Origin: an uncultured cyanobacterium
GTDB lineage: Bacteria > Cyanobacteriota > Cyanobacteriia > Cyanobacteriales > Microcystaceae
Direction of reading: 5' to 3'
Length of the DNA stretch: 17,729 nucleotides
NCBI GenBank assembly: GCA_963807635.1
Contig: CAWEDJ010000014.1
Location: 1 to 17,729 of the forward strand
Shown here: positions 1 to 10,100 of the stretch, one piece after another
How the letters are laid out: the number at the start of each line of letters is the position of its first letter
Position numbering within the stretch: position 1 is the first letter of the stretch
Program-made: the position numbers and the translations under genes
The notes under the pieces: model-generated
The model's database searches: none
The model's input: only the letters and a program-made list of their open reading frames with translations
What the model was told of the DNA's origin: nothing

Positions 1-88
1 TAAGTAATCGTTTCAACACAAATTCAGATGGTTTATTTCTTAAGAATTCGACAGAAGAAGTGATCGCGTGTTTAGATTTTAGCAATAT

Positions 89-135
89 AAAAATTGCCCC
101 CCTTCCATCAGAAAAATCTGTATCAGAAGAGAGGC
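89..135 (-). terminator. Putative intrinsic terminator downstream of aqpZ
   Basis: Minus strand reads GCCTCTCTTC-N20-GAAGGGGGGC-AATTTTT. This is a 10-bp stem with two G-U pairs that form only on the minus-strand transcript, an inner CAGA/TCTG stem and a U tract, about 55 nt past the aqpZ stop. Confidence 0.55.
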
Positions 136-189
136 GAAATCTAAAATTAATCTTTTATTGATTGGATGATCTTAGTCAAGACGCAAGTT

Positions 190-935
190 TTATTCACTCA
201 AATCGGTCTCAGGTGCAGGTTCATTGTAAGCCTGTTCCAAAAAGTTGAGATAAACATAACCCGCCGCAATCGCTCCCGCAATAGGAGCCAACCAGAATAA
301 CCAAACCTGACCCAGAAGGGCTGCATTACCGTTGATTGCCACAATTAAAGCAGGGCCAGTACTGCGAGCAGGGTTAACCGAAGTATTGGTGATGGGAATA
401 CTGATTAAGTGAATCAACGTTAAACATAAACCGATGGCTCCTCCCGCAAATCCAGCAGGCGCACGGCGATCGGTTGTTCCTAGAATGACAATTAAAAAGA
501 TGAAAGTTAGCACAAATTCAGCCACCAAAGCCGAAAAGAAACCATAGCCTAAAGGAGAATGATCCCCGAATCCATTGGTTGCGAAAGGATTGCTACCTGA
601 AACATCAATAGAGCCTTTGATAATCCACAAAACAATAGAAGCACGATCGCGCCTGCGACTTGAGAGCCAATATAGGGGGCTAAATCCGAACTAGAAAAAC
701 GCTTGCCTGCCCACAGTCCAAAGGAAACAGCAGGGTTGAAGTGACCCCCAGAAATATGACCGAAAGCGTAGGCTCCTGTAAAAACAGTTAATCCGAAGGC
801 GAGGGAAACGCCCAAAAATCCAATCCCCAATTGATTATCCGTCCCAGAAGGAACGGCAGCCGCAAAGACGGCACTACCACACCCGCCAAAGGTTAACCAA
901 AACGTACCGAGAAATTCAGCAATGTATTTTTTCAT
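190..935 (-). CDS. aqpZ: Aquaporin Z (MIP family), split by one missing base near 643-644; about 248 aa when repaired
   Basis: ORF 549..935 has [18 protein letters not shown] and [16 protein letters not shown] 190..630 has [23 protein letters not shown] and [11 protein letters not shown]. Both NPA motifs are present, and adding one base joins ...AGAI(A)ASIVLWII... Confidence 0.95.
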
Positions 936-1178
936 GTTTTTCCGTTACTCCTAACGTCCACAAAATTGTCCTGGTAGCTTACCTCAAAAATCAGGAAAAG
1001 CAAAATTATTTAACAATTCTCATTGAACAATTAAAGGATTTGTTAATCATTAATAGAATCTTGATTTGAGATTTACGTCTTTTCTCTTTGGTTTTCTTGC
1101 TGTTTTAAGCTTAGTTTGTCAATCAAAAAGCAGAGGTTAAGATTTTGTGAGCCAATAATTAAAGATAGCTTAACCCTG

Positions 1179-3215
1179 CTAACTACGGTTATTATTGGTT
1201 GAAGCTAAAACCGCTTGGGTTAGTTTTTCAGGGACTTCCTGTAAATGATCATAGTGCCAAGTAAAGGTTCCCACTCCCAAGGTCAGCGATCGCAATTCAA
1301 CGATAAAATTCTGCATTTCTGCCTGGGGAAGCAAGACATTAATTTGATCCCAGCCCTTCCAGTCAGACCGACCTTCATAACCAAGAATTTGTCCCCGATG
1401 ACTGCTAACCAACTGTAACGCTCTGGACGTAAATTCAGAAGGAACGGAAACCCAGACGGCAACAATCGGTTCTAAGAGCAGAGGTTGGCATTTCGGCATT
1501 CCCTCTGTCATAGCAATACGAGCCGCTTGCTTAAAGGGCCTGTTCCGAACTATCCACATTATGATAGGAGCCATCGGTCAGGGTAACATCAATATCCACA
1601 ACGGGAAAACCCAGGGGGCCTTGAGCTAAATATTCCCGAACGCCCATTTCTACGCCAGGAATATATTGCTTAGGAATCGCTCCACCGACAATTTTTTCAT
1701 TAAATTGAAAACCATTCCCTCGCTCTAAAGGTTGAATTTCTAAATGCACATCCCCAAAGGCTCCATGACCGCCTGTTTGGTGTTTATAGCGACCGTGAAT
1801 TTTGGTACTTTGACGAATGGTTTCCTTGTAGGGAATCTGGGGTAAACGGGTCGTCATGGGTAAATTATATTTGCGGCGCAGTCGGTCTAATGCTACCTGG
1901 AGATGGATTTCTCCTTCGCCCACAGCAAAATTTCCTGGGTATCCGCATTTTGTTCCCAGCTTAAGGACGGGTCTTCTTCTTGTAATTTTCCCATTGCTGA
2001 ACTGAGTTTGACCTCATCTTTACGGTTTTCCGCCGCGATCGCCAAACAATAGACAGGTTCTAAAAGATCGGCCTTGGGCAAAGGATTGAGTGATTTTCGG
2101 TTAGTTACCGTATCTCCCGTTTGAATTCCTTCTAACCGACCCACTGCCACAATTTCGCCAACCGATGCGCTTTGTAACGGCTTTTGTTGTTGACCCAACA
2201 TTCGATACAAGCCGCCAATCCTGACTCCATTAAGCGTATCTCCATCCTTTAAGCTTCCCTGCCAAATCCGTATTAAAGAAAGTCGTCCTCCCTGTTGGGT
2301 GAAATAGGTTTTCAGTACTTGAACAACGGTTTCGGTTTGATTTTTGGGTTCAAAATCCCGTCGCGCTGCCGTGACACTGGGAGTAGGAGATTCCTTGAGT
2401 AAACTATCCATCAAAGGACGCACACCATAATCCTGTTCAGCCACCCCAAAAAAGACGGGAACAATCAAATCCGCACTTAACTCTTGCTTCAAATCCTCAA
2501 GAATTTCCGCCTGGGGCGGTTCGATCTCCTCCATTAATTCTTCTAGGAGATGATCATCAAAATTAGCGAGGGTTTCTAACATTTCCTGACGGGCGGCGTG
2601 TTCTTCGTCTCGGAGATCGCCAGGGAAAGGAATGTGATCGGCGGGGCTATGGAGATGATATTGATAGGCTTGTTCCGTGACGAGATCAATATAGCCAATC
2701 AATTCCTGATCTTGGTAAATGGGATACTGTTGGGGAACTAGAGGACGAGTGGAAACACTTTTGAGAGCGTTCAGCACATCTGTAAATTCACTTTTTGCCC
2801 GTTCCATTTTATTAATAAAGACGACATGGGGAATTTCCCAATCATCCAGAAATTTGAATAACGGAGCCAGGGTTAAAACCTTAGCGGTATCGGCTTCACA
2901 AACCACAACGGCGGAACCGCAACCAACCATTGCGTTATAGGCTTCCTGGGCAAATTCGATAGAACCAGGACAATCGAGGAAGGTAAACTGAATGTCTTGA
3001 TAAACCGCACTGGCGGCACTGACTTCGACACTCATTTGTCGTTCTTTGGCTTCGGGGGAATAATCACTCACCGTATTGCCGTCTTTGATGGTTCCTTTGC
3101 GAGTTGTGGTTCCTGTGACGAATAATAAGCTTTCTAGTAGGCTGGTTTTACCGCTACCATAGGGGCCTGCGATCGCGACGTTACGAATATTTTCTAATAT
3201 ATCTGGGTTCATCAT
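1179..3215 (-). CDS. fusA: Elongation factor G paralogue (EF-G2/FusA2-like), interrupted by two single-base frameshifts; about 678 aa when repaired
   Basis: Three consecutive ORFs cover the G domain (GPYGSGKT, DCPG, NKME), domain III (EEDPSL...W-GEGEIHLQVALDRLRRKY), domain IV (IPYKETI, QTGGHG, GFPVVD, DGSYHNVDSSEQA) and domain V (LLEPI, LRSLTLGVGTF). A missing base at 1919-1921 and an extra base at 1536-1538 explain the breaks. Confidence 0.92.
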
Positions 3216-3422
3216 AAAATTATTCTTTTTTTTCTTTTAACTCCGAGCTTACCGCGTTTTGAGTAGGCAATCACTAACTTTGCAATCTCTTGTAAACTAA
3301 ACTTTAATTAACATTAAAAAGTGTGAATAAATATGAAGATTGATTTGTATGAATTGTGTATAACTTAATGGGAAATTGACTTAGAAAATTCCTGTTTGTT
3401 TGAGAATAGAAGGGGAGGGAGA

Positions 3423-3566
3423 CAGCAATTCTCAGTATGAGAATAATTCTCATAGATTCATAGTTTTGTAATACCTGAAACCTTTATTGTGTCGTTGACT
3501 TATCAACTGTTTTGGTAGCTCTGAGAGCTTTTTTATAGTACAAATGTTTTAAAATGAGAATTGCTG
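3423..3566. mobile_element. 144-bp MITE with 12-bp perfect terminal inverted repeats and 9-bp target site duplication
   Basis: TIRs are CAGCAATTCTCA (3423-3434) and TGAGAATTGCTG (3555-3566). The exact direct repeat GGAGGGAGA flanks them at 3414-3422 and 3567-3575. The element is too short to encode a transposase. Confidence 0.92.
3436..3454. promoter_or_regulatory. Perfect 9-1-9 palindrome resembling a Fur-type operator, inside the MITE
   Basis: TATGAGAAT-A-ATTCTCATA has the 19-bp geometry and TGAnAATnATTnTCA core of Fur boxes. It could instead be subterminal copies of the TIR core. Confidence 0.35.
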
Positions 3567-3606
3567 GGAGGGAGAAGCTATCGGCTAGAGGAAAAGGTTT
3601 TTTATC

Positions 3607-4761
3607 TTAAGAATCTCCCAAATAAATTCCCAACGAACGTGCCGTTTTCACCATGAAACCCTGCGGGTCAACAGGGAAAGCACAACGTTTTTCAGCATGA
3701 CATTGTTTAATAATTTTGATAATTGGTTTCAACGGTAAACTCGTTACTTGACCCTCACGCCAAACCACAACCTGATCATATTTTTCTTCCTCAATTAATT
3801 CCACCGCCTTAATCCCATAGACTGTTGCTAATAATCTATCTAAAGAAAGGGGCGTTCCACTCCGTTGTAAATGTCCTAAAGTCGTTGCCCGAATATCCAA
3901 AGATGTTAGGCCACAAAGAACAGGATCATTAATATCGCATAAATAACTAACCTGTTTTAAAATGCGCTCTTCTAAATAATCCGCAATATATTTTTCTGAT
4001 TCGTGATTTTCACCCTTTACTCCCTCTGAAATGACAATCAAGGCAAAATGACGACCTGAAGTGCGTAACTTCATTAATTGATGACAGCAACCATTGACTA
4101 CCTCAGATGTTAAAAAAGGCGTAATTTCTGGAATTAAAATAATATCCGCTCCACCAGCAATTCCCGAATTTAATGCCAAATGTCCCGCATCCCTTCCCAT
4201 TACCTGCACAATCATAATGCGTTCATGACTCGCCGCCGTAAAGGTCAAATCATAGAGAGCCTGGGTAACAATATCCACTGCTGTTGTAAAACCCACTGCC
4301 CATTCCGTAAAAGGTACATCATTGTCAATAGTTTTCGGTACGGCGACAATATTCCAATTTCCCTTTTGTGCCAGATCATAAATAATATCTAAACTACCAT
4401 CGCCACCAACAATAATTAAGGCTTCTAAATCGAGCATTTCATAGCCTTTTAGAATTGCTTCAGTTATCTTTGGATCTCCTGGATGTCCTTTGCTCAAAGA
4501 TCCTAATACACTACCACTCAGAAATTGCAGAACATCTAATCCCTTGAGCATTCCAGGTAAGGCGTAACCATGTTTCGTGAGGATTAAATCATCCGCTTGA
4601 TATTTACCATTAGCAATCCCTATAAAACCGTCCGTTCCGTAGGGAATGCCATAGACATCCCAATTTTTTAGCGTGGAAGATTTGACCACTGCTCGAATGA
4701 CTGCATTCAGTCCAGGACAATCTCCTCCGCTAGTTAAAATGCCAATTCGTTTGTTGCTCAT
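3607..4761 (-). CDS. pfkA: 6-phosphofructokinase, PFK-A family
   Basis: Motifs [49 protein letters not shown] and LGHLQR. Confidence 0.96.
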   Translation of the reverse strand: MSNKRIGILTSGGDCPGLNAVIRAVVKSSTLKNWDVYGIPYGTDGFIGIANGKYQADDLILTKHGYALPGMLKGLDVLQFLSGSVLGSLSKGHPGDPKITEAILKGYEMLDLEALIIVGGDGSLDIIYDLAQKGNWNIVAVPKTIDNDVPFTEWAVGFTTAVDIVTQALYDLTFTAASHERIMIVQVMGRDAGHLALNSGIAGGADIILIPEITPFLTSEVVNGCCHQLMKLRTSGRHFALIVISEGVKGENHESEKYIADYLEERILKQVSYLCDINDPVLCGLTSLDIRATTLGHLQRSGTPLSLDRLLATVYGIKAVELIEEEKYDQVVVWREGQVTSLPLKPIIKIIKQCHAEKRCAFPVDPQGFMVKTARSLGIYLGDS

Positions 4762-4825
4762 AAATACACTTCCTGATTTTTTTATTGATGGGGAATGGGA
4801 TAATTGCGATCGCGGATTTAATCAA

Positions 4826-5857
4826 TTAACTAACGGATTCATAATGATCTACTCCCTTCCAAATGGGGGCATAGGTCTGTAGCGCTTTCATATAATTCAC
4901 CCGTTCAAAGGCAGAGGGATCGGGGGAATGTAACTGGCTCATACTCCCTTGCATTTGTTGAACTGACTCGTATTCATGTTCCTCCATCCAACGCAACATA
5001 TTAGCTTCCAAAACAGAAATATGTCCAATTCCATGACGTAATAAACTACTCACTAATTGAGTAATTTTTGCCCCTGCCATCAGCATTTTCAAGACATCTG
5101 TTGCATGGAGAATGCCACTGGTTGCTGCAAAATCAACATCGACTCGACCATACAAAATTGCAATCCAACGCATTGGTAAACGGATTGCTTGGGGAGTACT
5201 TAATAAAACATTAGGATAAACTTCTAAATCCTCTAAATTAATATCAGGCTGATAGAAACGATTAAAAAGAACCAGACTATTTGCGCCATGTTCAGCAAAA
5301 CGTTTTGCCATATTGGCCATGTTGCTAAAATGCGGGCCAATTTTAACAGCTAAGGGAATTTTAATTTCTGACTTAACGGTTTTTAAAATATCTAGATAAT
5401 TTTGTTCAACTTCTGCGCCAGGAATATCCAAATCCGTTGGAATATAATAAATATTGAGTTCTAGGGCATCGGCTCCCGCTTGTTCAATTTGTTGAGCGTA
5501 ATCTAGCCAACCGCCTAAAGTTGAACCATTTAAACTCCCGATAATGGGAATGTTTAAACTTTCTTTCGCTTGACGAATATGGTTTAAATATTCATCCGAT
5601 CCCACATGAAAAATTTGGGGTTCAGGAAAATAAGTTAATGCCTCCGCAAAACTTTCTGTCCCGTAGGTTAAATGATGATGAAGTTCTAATCTTTCTTGTC
5701 GTAATTGCTCCTCAAAAAAGGAATGGAGAACGATCGCCCCTGCCCCTGAATCTTCCATGCGTTTAAGATTATCAATATCTTCGGTTAGAGGAGCGCAGGA
5801 ACCGACAACGAGGGGAGATTTGAGATTTAAACCTAAATAGGTAGTGCTAAGATCCAT
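4826..5857 (-). CDS. Dihydroorotate dehydrogenase-like FMN protein (DHOD-like subgroup lacking the catalytic Cys)
   Basis: MDLSTTYLGLNLKSPLVVGS, GADALELNIYY, PLAVKIGP, LVLFNRFYQPDI, AATSGI and KMLMAGA match the DHOD-like family that is typically adjacent to nifJ. Confidence 0.88.
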   Translation of the reverse strand: MDLSTTYLGLNLKSPLVVGSCAPLTEDIDNLKRMEDSGAGAIVLHSFFEEQLRQERLELHHHLTYGTESFAEALTYFPEPQIFHVGSDEYLNHIRQAKESLNIPIIGSLNGSTLGGWLDYAQQIEQAGADALELNIYYIPTDLDIPGAEVEQNYLDILKTVKSEIKIPLAVKIGPHFSNMANMAKRFAEHGANSLVLFNRFYQPDINLEDLEVYPNVLLSTPQAIRLPMRWIAILYGRVDVDFAATSGILHATDVLKMLMAGAKITQLVSSLLRHGIGHISVLEANMLRWMEEHEYESVQQMQGSMSQLHSPDPSAFERVNYMKALQTYAPIWKGVDHYESVS

Positions 5858-5916
5858 GATGCGTTCTCCAAGGTTAAGGATGAATTGATTTAGTTTAAAA
5901 ATGATAGACGAGAAAG

Positions 5917-6531
5917 TTAATCATCTAATCCCATTTGTCCTCGAAAGCCAGTAATAATGCGACTTCCATCTTTGAGGATATGAATTTCCATTTGATCGCT
6001 GGCCCAATTGAGTTGATCATTGAAAGCAGGATTAAAGATATGAACCCGTTGATTTTTAGAAGACACTAAAGAGTTGGAATCATTAATCGCTAATTGTTCT
6101 AAATAGGGGCCATCAATTAAGAGATCTAGTTCTGCGAGTAACTCCTGGGCATGGGGAGGAGCTTTAGCAGAGTTTAATTCTTCTAAAGTAAAACCCGTAA
6201 AGGACATAACATTTAAGCCTTTTGCTTTTAGAATTTTGGCTAATTGGGCTAAAGATTCAGCTTGCCAAAAAGGTTCACCACCTGAAAAGGTTACGCCTTG
6301 ATTTTTAGGATTACTGAGAATTTTTTTCGCTAATTCTTCAACTGAAATTAATTGATTTTCGTCAAAAGACCAGGAAGCAGGATTAAAGCAACCAGGACAT
6401 TCTCGCAAACAACCTTGTACCCAAACAACGGCACGAACCCCTTGCCCATTGACTTCTGATTCGTCAACATAACCCATAATATTGAGAGTTCCTGAGAGGG
6501 TTTTAAGAGGTGTTTCAATAATGGTTTTCAT
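5917..6531 (-). CDS. Radical SAM protein, anaerobic ribonucleotide reductase activase (NrdG)-like
   Basis: SEVNGQGVRAVVWVQGC-LRE-C-PG-CFNP (CxxxCxxC), GVTFSGGEPFWQ, FTGFTLEEL and DLLIDGPY...SSKNQR. Confidence 0.88.
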   Translation of the reverse strand: MKTIIETPLKTLSGTLNIMGYVDESEVNGQGVRAVVWVQGCLRECPGCFNPASWSFDENQLISVEELAKKILSNPKNQGVTFSGGEPFWQAESLAQLAKILKAKGLNVMSFTGFTLEELNSAKAPPHAQELLAELDLLIDGPYLEQLAINDSNSLVSSKNQRVHIFNPAFNDQLNWASDQMEIHILKDGSRIITGFRGQMGLDD

Positions 6532-6568
6532 AATATTTATTCCTTTGTGAATTAGGTTTAAATCTTAG

Positions 6569-7021
6569 TTAATCTTCGGGTAAATAATCGAGATTTAAAA
6601 TGTCTTCTTTTTTAAACAGTAGATCAACAGGAAAAGTTTTAATATCTAGTCCCGTTTCTTCCGATGCAAATTTTCTGGCTGTCTGATAACAGTCTTCTAA
6701 TACATCATCAAAGTAGCGTTTCAAACTAGGACTATCTCGAAAGTCTTTTTTCAATCTGTTACGATGTTCAATAATTGTATAACGCCAGCTATTACTGCGT
6801 TTATTTTTCTGATATTGCCATTTTAAAAGATGCATTAAAATTTTCTCTAGATTACTTTCTAAAGCGTGTTTATCCCTTTTTCCCATAGATTCAATTTCTT
6901 CAATTAAGTTGTCATAATCTAACTGATCGAGTTGACGATTTTTAAGTAAATTTACCGTCTCTTCTAACCACAGATTAAAATCCTGTTCGTAAAGCGTTTG
7001 TGTGTTGATTTGTGTGACCAC
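6569..7021 (-). CDS. DUF29 family protein
   Basis: LYEQDFNLWLEET...LDYDNLIEEIESMGK...LLKWQYQ...SW..TI.EHR...SPSLK...ETGL..FP is the DUF29 pattern. The start is placed at GTG 7021 after a GAGG RBS rather than at the TTG 7054 of the ORF track. Confidence 0.92.
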   Translation of the reverse strand: MVTQINTQTLYEQDFNLWLEETVNLLKNRQLDQLDYDNLIEEIESMGKRDKHALESNLEKILMHLLKWQYQKNKRSNSWRYTIIEHRNRLKKDFRDSPSLKRYFDDVLEDCYQTARKFASEETGLDIKTFPVDLLFKKEDILNLDYLPED

Positions 7022-7069
7022 GATCGCCTCTTTTTTTCTTAAAAAGTAATCCAAGTGTGTAGATATTAT

Positions 7070-7095
7070 CCCCCCTAGCCCCCTTTGAAAGGGGG
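7070..7095. repeat. Cyanobacterial short dispersed GC-rich hairpin repeat (CCCCCTAGCCCCCTT...AAGGGGG type)
   Basis: CCCCCCTAG-CCCCCTTT-G-AAAGGGGG contains an 8-bp inverted repeat. The layout is recognised as a common intergenic dispersed repeat of cyanobacteria. It is single-copy in this window. Confidence 0.6.
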
Positions 7096-7114
7096 AAATA
7101 AGAGAAAGAGAGGA

Positions 7115-10100
7115 TTAGTTGACGGTTTCAGGTTGTTGCGTTACAGGTGTTTCGGAACCATGACCATTGCTGGTTTCTAGATGACGACTCGCCAGGTATT
7201 GGTACATTGCCCAACGGGTATTGATATCGCCTTGAGCCAGTTTTAAGAGTTTTTTCGCTTCTTCGGGATTGCTACGAGATAACATTTTAAAGCGATTTTC
7301 TTTGTACATGGTTTGCTCGGCGGTCAGTTTTGGCGATCGCATATCGAGTTGTAGAGGATTTTTGGTTTGTTCCGTCAGACGGGGATCGTAACGGTAGAGC
7401 AACCAACGTCCGCTATCGACGATTTCTTTTTGATAGTTCATAGCGGTACTCATATTAATCCCGTGAGCAATACAGTGAGAATAGGCAATAATCAAAGACA
7501 CGCCTGGATAAGATTCAGCTTCAAGGAAAGCACGGGTAGATTGCTCATTTTTGGCTCCCATTGCAATACTTGCCACATAAACATTGCCGTAGGTCATGGC
7601 CATTAAACCCAAATCTTTCTTGGGTGAGGGTTTACCACCTGCTGCGAATTTTGCCACCGCCGCACGGGGAGTTGCCTTGGAAGCTTGCCCGCCCGTATTG
7701 GAATAGACCTCCGTATCCATCACCAGAATATTGACATTGCGACCACTGGAAAGAACGTGATCTAAGCCGCCGTAACCGATGTCATAGGCCCAGCCGTCAC
7801 CGCCAATAATCCAGACGCTCTTTTTCACCAGATAATCAGCAACGGATTGGAACATGGCGATTTTTGCCCGTTGGCTTTCGTCCTGACCGTGAGCCAATTC
7901 TCCTAAGCGTTGTTTAAGGGCTGTGACGCGATCGCGTTGTTCAAAAATATCGGCTTCGGTGGTTTGGTGATTGTTGATGATTTCTGTAACGAGATTTTCA
8001 CCAATCTCAGAAGCAAAGGATTTGAGCAATTCTACCGCAAATTCCGTTTGTTTATCAATGGAAACCCGAAAACCAAGGCCAAATTCCGCATTATCTTCAA
8101 ATAAGGAATTAGACCAAGCAGGGCCGCGACCTTCTGCATTCGTTGACCAGGGCGTAGTCGGTAAATTCCCTCCATAAATCGAGGAACAACCCGTTGCATT
8201 CGCCACAATCATGCGATCGCCGAATAATTGACTTACCAGTTTCAAATAGGGCGTTTCTCCACAACCTGCACAGGCTCCCGAAAACTCAAACAGGGGTTCC
8301 TGCATCTGTTGATGACTGATTTTATTCAGATTTAATTCATTGCGATCGGGGTTCGGTAATTTCAGGAAAAAGTCCCAATTTTCCCGTTCCTGCTCCCGTA
8401 GCGGTAACTGGGGCTGCATATTAATCGCCCGTAAACGCGGTTGGGATTTATTCTTGGCGGGACACACATCGACGCAAAGAGCGCACCCTGTACAATCTTC
8501 GGCGGCCACCTGAATGGTAAATTTCGAGCCTTGCCAATCGTGATCCCGTGCGGCAGTACTCTTAAAAGTTGCAGGCGCGTTGGCTAATTCTGCCTCATCG
8601 TAAACTTTAGCGCGAATAACGGCGTGGGGGCAAACCATCACACATTTTCCGCACTGTACGCACACATCCGCATCCCAAACTGGGATTTCCTGACCAACAT
8701 TGCGTTTTTCCCATTTAGCCGTTCCCGTTGGATAGGTTCCATCACAGGGCAAGGCACTGACTGGAATTTGATCTCCAGTGCGATCCATCATTTTCCCTAA
8801 AACATCGCGAATAAAGGCAGGAGCCGTATCAGGAATAACGGGTTTCAAATCGAACGCATTTTCGTCAATATGGGCAGGAATCGTAACTTGGTAAAGATGA
8901 TCCAAGCTGGCATCGACTGCTTTCATATTCATCTGGACGATTTCTTCACCCTTTTTGCCGTAAGTCTTGCGAATAGATTTTTTAATTTGCGCGATCGCGT
9001 CTTCACGGGGTAAAACGCCCGATAAAGCAAAGAAACAAACCTGCATTACCGTATTAATCCGACCGCCCATGCCCGCTTCCCGTGCCACTTGGAAGGCATT
9101 AATGGTATAAACTTTTAGACCCTTGGCAATAATTTGTTCCTGTAATGGTCGCGGTAAATGTGACCATAATTCATCAGCATTATAGGGACTATTTAAAAGT
9201 AACGTTGCGCCTGGGATCGCGGGAGTCATCAGGTCAAATTTTTCGATAAATTCCCATTGATGACAGGCGACAAAATTAGCTTTCGTAATCAGATAACTAG
9301 AATGAATGGGATCGGGGCCAAACCGTAGATGGGAAACCGTTACCGAACCCGATTTTTTCGAGTCATAGACAAAGTAGCCCTGGGCGTAATTATCGGTATC
9401 TTCCCCAATAATTTTGATGGAATTTTTGTTCGCGCCCACCGTACCATCGGAACCTAGCCCAAAGAAAATCGCCCGTACCACATTACTGGGTTCTGTCGAA
9501 AAATCGTCATCGTAGGGCAAACTGGTCAGACTCAGATCGTCAAAGATACCGATAGTAAAATGATTTTTGGGACTTTCTAGAGTCAAATTATCAAAAACAC
9601 CCTTAACCATGCCAGGCGTAAACTCTTTGGAAGATAATCCGTAACGTCCACCCACTAAGGCTTTCAGGTTTTGGATTTTGGCTTTTAAAGTTGCATCACT
9701 ACCAAACAGCGTTTCCTGTACTGCGGTGACAACATCGGTATAAAGCGGTTCCCCTGCTGACCCTGGTTCTTTACAACGGTCTAAAACGGCAATTTTCTGC
9801 ACAGAATCGGGTAAAGCCGCAATTAAGGCGATCGCATCAAAGGGACGATACAAACGCACCTTTAGTAAACCCACTTTTTGACCTTGAGCATTAAGGGCAT
9901 CAACGGTTTCTTGAACAGTTTCCGCGCCCGATCCCATGATGATAATCACTCGATCTGCTTGGGGATCACCATAATAATCAAAGAGATGATAAGCCCGACT
10001 CGTTAAAGTCGCAAATTCATCCATAATCCGTTGCAGAATACGGGGATAGGCTTCATAAAAAGGATTGACGGTTTCTCTTGCCTGAAAATAAACATCGGGA

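Noticed and set aside
3..161. Open plus-strand frame from the window edge (SNRFNTNSDG...IFY*)
   Set aside because: No recognisable motif, and it runs through the terminator-like hairpin. It cannot be supported without upstream sequence.
936..1178. Transcription-factor sites upstream of aqpZ (TTAACAATT / TGAACAATT repeats)
   Set aside because: Short AT-rich matches in AT-rich DNA with no convincing NtcA, CRP or HLR1 consensus.
1531..1923. Programmed frameshifting or a naturally split three-part EF-G
   Set aside because: No slippery heptamer or stimulatory structure was seen. Each break is fixed by one base in a short run, and the same pattern affects aqpZ and murQ.
7079..7095. Hairpin as an intrinsic terminator of nifJ
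   Set aside because: No U tract follows on the minus strand (next bases CTAGGGGGG), and it fits a dispersed repeat better.
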